Source: Peptococcaceae bacterium UBA5356 (GTDB taxonomy: Bacteria > Bacillota > Peptococcia > DRI-13 > DTU073). From it: DNA of 64,000 bases. The position numbers and the translations under genes are program-made. Location: NCBI GenBank assembly GCA_002407935.1, contig DHPU01000008.1, positions 9,430 through 73,429 on the forward strand. The letters are read 5' to 3'. Positions 29,172 to 38,200 of this stretch are shown here, piece by piece (position 1 is the stretch's first letter; the number at the start of each line of letters is the position of its first letter). The notes beneath the pieces were generated by a model. That model searched no databases, was not told the DNA's origin, and saw nothing but the letters and a program-made list of their open reading frames with translations.

Positions 29172-30619
29172 TGAATAAAGCGGCAGCGAGGCGACGGCGG
29201 GTTGCGTTTCATACCTTAGGTTGTAAAGTAAATCAGAATGAAACAGAGGCTCTTTCCGCTCTTTTTCGGGAAAAGGGTTATGAGATAGTAGATTTTGAGA
29301 AAGAGGCCGATTTGTATGTGATTAACACTTGTACTGTTACTCATTTGGCTGATCGAAAATCGCGCCAGATGATCAGGCGGGCGGTGAAGACTAATCCTCA
29401 GGCCAAAGTAGTGGTAACCGGGTGTTATGCGCAGACGGATGCAGAGACGGTTCAGAAGATACCGGGAGTAAGTCTGATTGTAGGGACGAACGAGAAAGCC
29501 CGTTTAGTAGACCTGGTAGAAGAATTTTCTAAGGAGGAAGAACTTCACCAGACTAAGGAATCTCAAGTAAAGAAGAAATTACAAGCAGCTAAGAAGCCTC
29601 ATATAACTAAGGAGTTACAGGTAGGTGAAGGTGAGAAAATAACGCCAGGACCGCGTGTAGTTGTACGAAAGTATCAGGATTTAAAAGAGTTTACGGAAAT
29701 TAAGGTTGAGAAAAACATCCAAAGGGCGCGGGCCTATCTTAAGGTGCAGGAAGGCTGCAATCAGTTTTGCTCATATTGTATTATTCCCTATGCTCGCGGG
29801 CCAGTACGCAGCCGTTCTTTGCAAAACACCCTGGAGGAAGCCGAAAAGCTTGTACAACTTGGCTTTAAAGAGATTATCCTGACAGGGATTCATTTAGGAA
29901 CCTATGGGCAGGATTTGGGAAAGGGACAGAACTTAGAAGTGCTATTACAAAAATTGCTGATCCTTTATCCCGAGGCACGGTGGCGTTTGAGCTCTTTAGA
30001 ACCGACCGAGGTTAATTCGGAATTATTAAGATTACTAAAGGATTATGCTAATTTTTGCCCGCATTTGCATTTACCGCTCCAGAGTGGGCATGACGAAATT
30101 CTCAAGGCGATGAAACGACCTTATACCACGGGTGAGTATTTCAAGGTAATTACAGAGGTTCGCAAAGCAGTCCCGGATATCGCGATTACCACCGATGTAA
30201 TGGTGGGTTTCCCGGGGGAGAACGAGGAACATTTTCAGGAGTATTTACAATTTGTGGAGACTGTTGGTTTTAGTAGACTGCATGTTTTTAAATATTCTCC
30301 CCGCAGGGGTACACCGGCCGCCCAATTTCCTGCTCAAGTTTCTCCGCAGATAAAGGAAGCGCGCAGTAGAAAATTAATTCAACTGGGGGAAAAGTTAGAA
30401 GAACGCTATGTTAAGAGGTTTTTGTATCGTGTTGTGGAGGTCTTGGTGGAAGAACAGATCGATGAGTTTACCTGGGAAGGAAGTAGTGCTAATTATCTCA
30501 AAGTCCGTTTTGATTCGGCACAGCTTCGCAGAGAATTGCCCAGGGGTGAAATTGTTCCGGTTATTTTGCAGGAATTTACGGGAAAGCATTGTCTTGGACA
30601 GGTTTTCCAGTTAAAATAG
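29171..30619 (+). CDS. mtaB: tRNA (t6A37) methylthiotransferase MtaB
   Basis: MTTase N-domain (VAFHTLGCKVNQNE), radical SAM CNQFCSYCIIP and a TRAM-like C-terminus. ATG at 29171 preferred; synteny after rsmE. Confidence 0.9.
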   Translation: MNKAAARRRRVAFHTLGCKVNQNETEALSALFREKGYEIVDFEKEADLYVINTCTVTHLADRKSRQMIRRAVKTNPQAKVVVTGCYAQTDAETVQKIPGVSLIVGTNEKARLVDLVEEFSKEEELHQTKESQVKKKLQAAKKPHITKELQVGEGEKITPGPRVVVRKYQDLKEFTEIKVEKNIQRARAYLKVQEGCNQFCSYCIIPYARGPVRSRSLQNTLEEAEKLVQLGFKEIILTGIHLGTYGQDLGKGQNLEVLLQKLLILYPEARWRLSSLEPTEVNSELLRLLKDYANFCPHLHLPLQSGHDEILKAMKRPYTTGEYFKVITEVRKAVPDIAITTDVMVGFPGENEEHFQEYLQFVETVGFSRLHVFKYSPRRGTPAAQFPAQVSPQIKEARSRKLIQLGEKLEERYVKRFLYRVVEVLVEEQIDEFTWEGSSANYLKVRFDSAQLRRELPRGEIVPVILQEFTGKHCLGQVFQLK

Positions 30620-30640
30620 AGATAAAGGGGGTGTAAAGTA

Positions 30641-30982
30641 ATGAAGGAATGTCTTTTTTGTAAGATAGTAAAGGGTGAAATCCCGAGTAAGAAAGTTTAT
30701 GAAGATGACAGTATCTTGGCTTTTTATGATATAAACCCGGCTGCTCCCGTACATGTTTTGGTTATTCCTAAAGAACATATAGAAAGTTTAGCGAAGCTAA
30801 AGGAAGAGCAGTTAGCTTTAGTGGGGTATTTACATGGGAAGATTCGTAAAATTGCCCAAGATCTAAACTTGGAGCATGGTTATCGGGTAGTAAATAATTG
30901 TGGCAGCGATGGGGGACAAGAAGTCGGTCACCTTCACTTTCACCTATTAGGTGGAAGAAAAATGCTCTGGCCGCCAGGTTAA
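30641..30982 (+). CDS. HIT family (Hint-like) nucleotide hydrolase
   Basis: CLFCKIVKGEIPS ... histidine triad HLHFHLLGG. Confidence 0.95.
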   Translation: MKECLFCKIVKGEIPSKKVYEDDSILAFYDINPAAPVHVLVIPKEHIESLAKLKEEQLALVGYLHGKIRKIAQDLNLEHGYRVVNNCGSDGGQEVGHLHFHLLGGRKMLWPPG

Positions 30983-30985
30983 TTC

Positions 30986-31014
30986 TTGACCCCCTTCTGC
31001 TATTGAAGTATAAT
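30986..31014 (+). promoter_or_regulatory. Sigma-A type promoter for rpsU
   Basis: TTGACC-N17-TATAAT (30986-30991 / 31009-31014). Confidence 0.6.
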
Positions 31015-31112
31015 ATTAGATGTGTATTTTAGCCTTGTTCCCAGTTATTTTACAGCAAGCTACGTAGCAATTTTTTTAGCAAGACGGTCGTAGTGGAGGG
31101 AGGGAAAAATGA

Positions 31113-31289
31113 ATGAGCGAAGTGAGAGTAGGCAAAAACGAAACTCTTGATAGTGCACTCCGCCGCTTCAAGCGTACTTGTCAGAAGTCTGGTGTTCTTG
31201 CCGAGTTTAGAAAACATGAACATTATGAGAAGCCAAGTGTGAAGAAAAAAAAGAAGTCCGAAGCAGCCAGGAAAAGGAAGTTCAAATAG
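31113..31289 (+). CDS. rpsU: 30S ribosomal protein S21
   Basis: Not in the ORF track (58 aa). Hand translation gives [61 protein letters not shown] ggagggaggg upstream. Confidence 0.95.
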   Translation: MSEVRVGKNETLDSALRRFKRTCQKSGVLAEFRKHEHYEKPSVKKKKKSEAARKRKFK

Positions 31290-31329
31290 GAGTAAGCAAG
31301 GGAGTTTTGCTTAGCAGTATTAACAGTAA

Positions 31330-31356
31330 CAGCTCGGTATTAACCGAGCTGTTTTT
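31330..31356. terminator. Rho-independent terminator between convergent rpsU and the transglycosylase gene
   Basis: acagctcgg-tattaa-ccgagctgt followed by ttttt. Confidence 0.75.
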
Positions 31357-31370
31357 ATGTATTTATTTAG

Positions 31371-31985
31371 TTAACCGGCGATTTGTAAAGCAAGTTGCCG
31401 ACTTTTGCTCTTAATTCTTTGCGAGTATCTACTAACAGATGTTCCTTTATTTTTCATATAAATTTCCAAACCCCTTGGACCGCGGTTATAAGCTGTTAAA
31501 GCCCGATGGTAGTCCCCGTTGTTGCTATGTAATAATTTAGCAAGATAATATGTACCGAGAGAAATGTTATAATTAGTGTCAAAGAGATGGTTTTCACCGT
31601 AGCTAACCTTTAACTCCTGCGATAATTCTTTAGCGGTAACAGGTCTGATTTGGCATAATCCTCTGGCGCCGAATTTACTGACTGCCCGAGGATTAAAATC
31701 ACTTTCCGTTTTAATTAATTCTAACATGATTGTGGGTGTAATCTCATATTTTTCACTTTCCCGTAGCACAACGGCTACAATTTGTGGGGATGTTTGATAG
31801 ATTTCCGAGAATCTATTGATTTTTATCAGTTCCTCTTTTAATTGGGTTGCTTCTTCTTGGCTTTTTTGCAAGTCCTGTTTTAAACAAGCATTTTCTTGAT
31901 ACAGCGTGCAGATACAGAATAACGCTGCAAGAACTACCGCAGTATATACAAAAATCAGCAGCGGTATTTTGATTTTTTTAAACAC
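31371..31985 (-). CDS. Membrane-anchored lytic transglycosylase (SLT domain)
   Basis: ELIKTESDFNPRAVSKFGARGLCQI ... YNISLGTYYL ... ALTAYNRGP match the SLT catalytic-Glu motif family; N-terminal TM helix plus a coiled coil. Confidence 0.8.
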   Translation of the reverse strand: MFKKIKIPLLIFVYTAVVLAALFCICTLYQENACLKQDLQKSQEEATQLKEELIKINRFSEIYQTSPQIVAVVLRESEKYEITPTIMLELIKTESDFNPRAVSKFGARGLCQIRPVTAKELSQELKVSYGENHLFDTNYNISLGTYYLAKLLHSNNGDYHRALTAYNRGPRGLEIYMKNKGTSVSRYSQRIKSKSRQLALQIAG

Positions 31986-32160
31986 AATAAATTTAAACCT
32001 CCTAATTATTTTGGAAATTATTACCTAAAAGCTTATTTACAAACTTTTCTTATTATATAAAAAATTTTCATGGTTGGCAAGAGCTAAAAGAATGGTTTTT
32101 ATAATGAGAATATGTTAAACTAAAAAAATAGTAGTTCAATAATTACTAACGGGGTGGAAA

Positions 32161-33483
32161 ATGAAAAAGAAGATTTTTTTAAAAGGCTTGTTAGTTTGCT
32201 TAATTTTGCTTTTCTGTGCGTTTAATTTATTAGCGGCAACTTCTTCAAAGGTATATGTTATACCTGTCCAAAAAACGATAGATCCGGGTTTAGCCAGTTT
32301 TATGGAAAGAAGTTATCAGGAAGCGGAAAGTCTTAAAGCAAAGTTAATTATTTTGGAGGTGGATACCCCCGGTGGGCGGGTTGATGCCGCTGAAAAAATC
32401 AAAAAAGTGATTAATAACAGCACGATTCCTACTATAGCGTTGGTGAAGGGTGGGGCGATTTCGGCAGGAGCTTATATTACCTTAGCTTGTCCGCAAATAG
32501 CCATGATACCCGGTTCAACAATAGGGGATGCGGAACCGCGGTTAAGCAGCGGCGAGAGGGTTGATGAAAAGTTCGTCTCTTATTGGGCGGCAGAAATGGG
32601 TACTACGGCTGAAAAAAACGGGAGAGACAGAGAAATTGCGATGGCTATGGCCGACCGGGATATTGAGATTCCCGGAGTGGTAGAAAAAGGCAAGTTATTG
32701 ACCTTTACTTATCAGCAGGCGAAGGAGCACGGTTATGCCGATTATATTGTAAAGGATCGGGCAGAATTGTTACAGGTACTGAAATTAGATGAAGCAGAAG
32801 CGGTTGAGGCGAAGCCGACGGTAGCCGAAAAATTGACCCGGATAGTAACAAATCCATATATGGCTTCTCTCCTTTTGACAATAGGTATTGCGGGGATTAT
32901 TATTGAGATTTTTACGATAGGGTTTGGTCTTGCGGGGTTTTTGGGGATTGCTTCTTTAGCTCTTTATTTTGGGGGGCATCTTTTAGCGGGCTTTAGTGGT
33001 TGGGAAGCGATTCTGCTTTTCTTGCTGGGGATCATCCTTTTGGGGATAGAAGCACTTGTACCCGGATTTGGATTACCGGGGTTAGGGGGAATAATTAGTA
33101 TTATTGTGGGAATTGTACTGGCTGCTCCGAGCTGGGAGGCGGGGATAGCCTCTTTAGTTATGGCGATTGTGGGGACAATTATTTTGGTATTGCTTAGCTT
33201 TAAGGTATTGACGAAAAGAAGGTTTTGGGATCGGTTGGTTTTGGGCACGAAATATAACAAAGAGGCCGGTTACATCCCCCAAAAAGAGGACTTTAACAGG
33301 TATATTGGCAAACAGGGGGAAGCCCTTACGATTCTCAGACCGGCCGGGACGGTTCTTCTTGAAGATGGAACCAGACTTGATGTGGTGACCGATGGCGGTT
33401 TCATTCAAAAAGGAGAACGGGTGGAGGTAATTGGGGCTGAAGGGATAAGGTTGATTGTGCGTGAAAAACGCGAAACAAATTAA
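32161..33483 (+). CDS. NfeD-family membrane-bound ClpP-class serine protease (YqeZ-like)
   Basis: Signal peptide, ClpP-like domain (DTPGGRVDAA ... GGAISAGAYI), multi-TM middle and a C-terminal OB-fold NfeD domain; upstream of floA as in Bacillus yqeZ-yqfA. Confidence 0.85.
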   Translation: MKKKIFLKGLLVCLILLFCAFNLLAATSSKVYVIPVQKTIDPGLASFMERSYQEAESLKAKLIILEVDTPGGRVDAAEKIKKVINNSTIPTIALVKGGAISAGAYITLACPQIAMIPGSTIGDAEPRLSSGERVDEKFVSYWAAEMGTTAEKNGRDREIAMAMADRDIEIPGVVEKGKLLTFTYQQAKEHGYADYIVKDRAELLQVLKLDEAEAVEAKPTVAEKLTRIVTNPYMASLLLTIGIAGIIIEIFTIGFGLAGFLGIASLALYFGGHLLAGFSGWEAILLFLLGIILLGIEALVPGFGLPGLGGIISIIVGIVLAAPSWEAGIASLVMAIVGTIILVLLSFKVLTKRRFWDRLVLGTKYNKEAGYIPQKEDFNRYIGKQGEALTILRPAGTVLLEDGTRLDVVTDGGFIQKGERVEVIGAEGIRLIVREKRETN

Positions 33484-33520
33484 ATAAAATTAAACCAAAA
33501 TAAAAAGGAGGTAGTTTTAA

Positions 33521-34510
33521 GTGGGACCATTTATTACGCTTGTCATCATGATTGCAATCATTTTTACTTTTTTGGCGGTGCTTTTTAGCTTTATTCCTCT
33601 GGGTTTGTGGATTTCCGCATTAGCGGCGGGAGTACGTATCGGGATTTTTACTTTGGTTGGAATGCGGTTTAGACGGGTGCCTCCTTCGCTGATTGTCAAC
33701 AGCTTAATTAAGGCGGATAAGGCCGGAATTGAGGTCAGTACGAATCAATTGGAAGCACATTTCCTGGCCGGTGGTAATGTTGACCGGGTAGTTAATGCTT
33801 TGATAGCGGCGGAAAGAGCGAATATCCCCTTGCCTTTTGAACGTGCGGCGGCGATTGATTTAGCCGGTCGTAATGTGTTGGAAGCTGTACAAATGAGTGT
33901 TAATCCTCAGGTGATTGAGACTCCGGTTGTTTCCGCCATGGCTAAAAACGGGATTGAAGTGAGAGCTAAGGCGAAAGTTACCGTAAGGGCTAATATAGAC
34001 CGTCTGGTAGGGGGCGCCGGAGAAGCAACAATTATTGCCCGTGTCGGGGAAGGGATTGTTACAACGGTAGGTAGTTCAGATACGCATAAAGTTGTCTTGG
34101 AAAATCCGGATTTGATTTCTCGTACGGTGCTGAATAAGGGTTTGGATGCCGGGACGGCTTTTGAGATTTTGTCCATAGATATTGCGGATGTTGATGTCGG
34201 ACGGAATATCGGAGCCCAGTTACAGACGGATCAGGCCGAGGCCGATAAGCGGATCGCTCAGGCGAAAGCGGAGGAACGTCGTGCTCTGGCCGTGGCTCGT
34301 GAACAGGAAATGAAAGCCTCTGTGCAGGAAATGAGGGCGAAGGTTGTGGAAGCCGAGGCAGAAGTACCTCAGGCGATGGCGCAAGCCTTGCGGGAAGGCA
34401 AATTGGGTGTTATGGATTATTATCAATTGCAAAATGTGCTTGCGGATACCAGCATGAGGGAATCCATTGCCAAGGGAACGGGGCAAAACGGTCAGGAACC
34501 GATCAAATAA
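33521..34510 (+). CDS. floA: Flotillin-like protein FloA (YqfA, UPF0365)
   Basis: N-terminal hairpin [35 protein letters not shown]-like body and an Ala/Glu-rich C-terminal coiled coil; GTG start after AAGGAGG. Confidence 0.9.
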   Translation: MGPFITLVIMIAIIFTFLAVLFSFIPLGLWISALAAGVRIGIFTLVGMRFRRVPPSLIVNSLIKADKAGIEVSTNQLEAHFLAGGNVDRVVNALIAAERANIPLPFERAAAIDLAGRNVLEAVQMSVNPQVIETPVVSAMAKNGIEVRAKAKVTVRANIDRLVGGAGEATIIARVGEGIVTTVGSSDTHKVVLENPDLISRTVLNKGLDAGTAFEILSIDIADVDVGRNIGAQLQTDQAEADKRIAQAKAEERRALAVAREQEMKASVQEMRAKVVEAEAEVPQAMAQALREGKLGVMDYYQLQNVLADTSMRESIAKGTGQNGQEPIK

Positions 34511-34553
34511 GCGGTATTAGGGCTAATAGATAAAAGAAAGGGGGGAAGCCCCT

Positions 34554-35024
34554 TTGGAAGATTTAATTGGGATTATTATCTTTATTCTTTTTGTGGTGGC
34601 ACGTGCTAATGCAGATCGTAAACGGGGCATGGAAAAGCAACCTTCTCCCAGTAGCACCGAACAGCCAAGACCATATTTTGATTTCCCCTATACTCAGGAA
34701 GAGGAGGAAGAACCTGAGTACTGGGAAAGTTACGAGACCATGAAGAGTAACGGTACCATGGAAAATTACGAGACCTTGGAAAACATTGAGAACGTAGCAG
34801 AACAAGAAACCATGGAAACCTATGAAAGCCTGGAAAACTATGAAAGCATGGAGGGAAGAAGCCTGGAGGAACAACCGCTTCTTCATTTAGTTACAAAGGA
34901 AGAACCGGTAGTAGTCTCGTCCCCAATTAAGCAGTTTGGTTTTGCGGGAATGAATATGCAGCAGGCGGTTATTTGGAGCGAAATATTGCAAAAGCCGAGA
35001 GCTTTGCGTAAAAGAATAAGGTAG
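34554..35024 (+). CDS. Hypothetical membrane-anchored acidic repeat protein (yqfB position)
   Basis: N-terminal TM helix, an E/Y/N-rich degenerate repeat (ENYETLE, ETMETYESLENYESME) and a basic C-terminus. TTG start. No family recognised. Confidence 0.45.
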   Translation: MEDLIGIIIFILFVVARANADRKRGMEKQPSPSSTEQPRPYFDFPYTQEEEEEPEYWESYETMKSNGTMENYETLENIENVAEQETMETYESLENYESMEGRSLEEQPLLHLVTKEEPVVVSSPIKQFGFAGMNMQQAVIWSEILQKPRALRKRIR

Positions 35025-35062
35025 ACTTTACAAATTAAACCAATAAAAAATGTTTCTATGCT

Positions 35063-35107
35063 TTGCGGTAGTCCAAGTGATGCGGGTCTTGGACTACCGC
35101 AATTTTT
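35063..35107 (+). terminator. Rho-independent terminator closing the nfeD-floA unit
   Basis: 15-bp perfect stem ttgcggtagtccaag / cttggactaccgcaa followed by ttttt. Confidence 0.85.
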
Positions 35108-35132
35108 GTCGGAAAGTGACGAACGAAATTTC

Positions 35133-35161
35133 TTGCAATACCTAATACGGTAAAATATGAT
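35133..35161 (+). promoter_or_regulatory. Candidate sigma-A promoter of the accessory island operon
   Basis: TTGCAA-N17-TATGAT, ~60 nt upstream of the first island gene. Confidence 0.4.
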
Positions 35162-35218
35162 TAAAATGTGTAAAATAAGATGAAAAAATAGGAATAAAAA
35201 ATAGGGGGTATTTTACAA

Positions 35219-38200
35219 ATGAGGAGAAGTGAAAAATTCAAAAAAATCACGATGACAATATTATTAATGATTTTTCTATGTACTAACTCTACATTCGCAT
35301 TTCAGGCAAGTGCATCCGGCACAAAATTATTGGGTATTGAAAAAGAACATGGGCAGCCTGAAATGATCGGGCAGGAAGGGTACGAAACCGACAGATTTAT
35401 TATTAAGTATAAAGAGAGTAAAGGTAATGAAGGAGAAAAAACAAAAAAACAGTATCAGGAACTGTTAAAGGACAAGTTGTTCTCGGTAGAGAAAATCAAT
35501 GGCAGGAAGGGACCAAACTATCAAAGGATAGTACTAAACCAGAAGCTGAAGACTAAGGATTTTCTTGATGCGCTTGCGGTCAAAGACAAGACGATTGATA
35601 TAGAATATATTCAACCCGACTATCAATTAAGCTGTTTCTCAAATGATCAGTATTATGCAAGCCAGTGGGGGCTTGAAAATAATTTACCGGAATCAGCACA
35701 GGATGAGGAATTCCTACGGGACGAAGCCCGGCATAGACTTCCGCCTCATTTAAGAGACACCATGGAGAGGCATCCCGAGCTTATAGAGATAATCAGAAAT
35801 ACCCCGCCGAAGGAGTTAAGAGCAAGGCTGATGAGTAAGAAGGTAATGTGTGACATTCCTCCGGAAATACTCTTTGAGCTGGCTCACGAGCCTTTATTAA
35901 GGGAGAGAGGACGTAATAGAACGGTGCAGCAGGAATATGTTTGTGATGCCGCAGTTAAGGGGGCTTGGGAGAAGACAAATGGTGAAGGGGTTCTTGTTGC
36001 TGTAATTGATACCGGTATCGATGTAACTCATGAAGATCTTGTGGGGAACATTTGGGAAAATACCGGAGAAATACCTGATAATGGCCTTGATGATGATGGT
36101 AACGGTTATGTGGACGATGTGTATGGTTGGAATTTTTCTGACGGGAATAATCTTGTTTTTAATAAGGATAATCTCAATGCGGAAAAACATGGCACCCATG
36201 TGGCCGGGATCATTGCGGCCGAAAAGGACAACGGAAAGGGTGTGGCCGGGACAGCACCTAAGGCAAAAATCATGCCTTTGAAGGTGTTTAAAGATGGCAC
36301 GGCCTATACCAGCGAGATTATTGCAGCCATAGAGTATGCGGAAAAAATGGGAGCCCGGATTGTGAACGCCAGTTGGGGCAGTACCATGGATAACCCTGCC
36401 TTGAAAGAAGCGATAGAAAACAGTAAGATGCTTTTCGTTTGTGCTACTGGCAACAGCGGAGTAAATCTGGAAAACAGCCCGGTTTATCCAGCTTCCTTCG
36501 CAGGTAAAAATATTATTTCCGTTGCATCATTAAATAGAAATGGCATTTTATCGGCGTTTTCCAATTATGGAGCATCGGCAGTTGATGTTGCTGCACCGGG
36601 AGAAAAAATTATCAGCACAATTCCGGGGAACAGCTATGCCAATATGAGCGGGACATCTATGGCGGCGGCTTTTGTGTCGGGCGAAGCAGCTTTATTATTA
36701 GGCATGGATAAAAACTTAAAGGCGGCTGATATTAAGGGGCGAATAGTAGGTTACTGTGATAGATTATCTTCTTTGAAAGGGAAGATACATCAAAGCAATA
36801 AAGTGAATTGTACGAATGCAGTGAATAAAAGTGGTAACAATAAATTAATCAATGTTAGTGTTGCATCGCATTCAAATGATGCTGTTAAAGCAAGCGTTAC
36901 TTCGGGCGTGGATAGTTTTGCTTTGTTCGAGGCATCGTCAAAAGGGTTGCTCAATGTAAAGAATGTTGTGGGTGGAAGATATCATAGTTTAGCGTTAAAG
37001 GAAGATGGAACAGTGTGGGCATGGGGAGATAATTTTTATGGACAATTAGGGGATGGGACATTTGATAACAAAACAATTCCGGTGCAGGTAAGCGAGTTAA
37101 CTGGAGTAAAGGCAATTGCCGGTGGAGGTTATCATAGTTTAGCGTTAAAGGAAGATGGAACAGTGTGGGCGTGGGGATCTAACCGCAAAGGACAATTAGG
37201 AAATGGAACGTATGAAGATAGCGCAATTCCGGTGCAGATAAGCGGGTTAACTGGAGTAAAAGCTATTGCTGGTGGATACGAACATAGTCTAGCGTTAAAG
37301 GAAGATGGAACAGTGTGGGCGTGGGGATCTAACCGCAAAGGACAATTAGGAAATGGAACGTATGAAGATAGCGCAATTTCGGTGCAGGTAAGCGGGTTAT
37401 CTGGGGTAAAAGCAATTGATGGAGGAGTTTGTCATAGTCTAGCGTTAAAGGAAGATGGAACAGTGTGGGCGTGGGGAGAAAACTGTGATGGACAATTAGG
37501 AAATGGAACGTATGAAGATAGCGCAATTCCGGTGCAGGTAAGCGGGTTATCTGGGGTAAAAGCAATTGATGGAGGAGTTTGTCATAGTCTAGCGTTAAAG
37601 GGAGATGGAACAGTATGGGCGTGGGGAGCTAATTGGCTTGGACAATTAGGAGATGGAACGGATGACGAAAGCGCAATTCCGGTGCAGGCAAGTGGGTTGA
37701 TTGGAGTAACAGCAATTGATAGTGGAGATTATCATAGTCTAGCGTTAAAGGAAGATGGAACAGTATGGGTGTGGGGAGATAACTGGAAAGGGCAATTAGG
37801 AAATGGGACGTATGAAGAAAGCCTAATTCCGGTGCAGGTAAGCGGGTTAACCGGAGTAAAAGCAATTGCTACTGGAGGTCATCATAGTTTAGCGTTAAAG
37901 GAAAGTGGGACAGTGTGGGCGTGGGGAGATAACGAGGACGGACAATTAGGGAATGGAACGTGCGGCACTATTCCAATTCCGGTGCAGGTAAGCGGGTTAA
38001 CCGGGGGAAAAGCAATTGCCGGTGGAGGTAGTCATAGTCTAGCGTTAAAGGAAGACGGAACAGTATGGGCGTGGGGATATAACTGGGACGGAGAATTAGG
38101 AAATGGAACGGATGAAGAAAGCTCAATTCCGGTGCAGGTAAGCGGGTTAACTGGGGTAAAGGCAATTGCTGGTGGATACTTTCATAGTCTAGCGTTAAAG

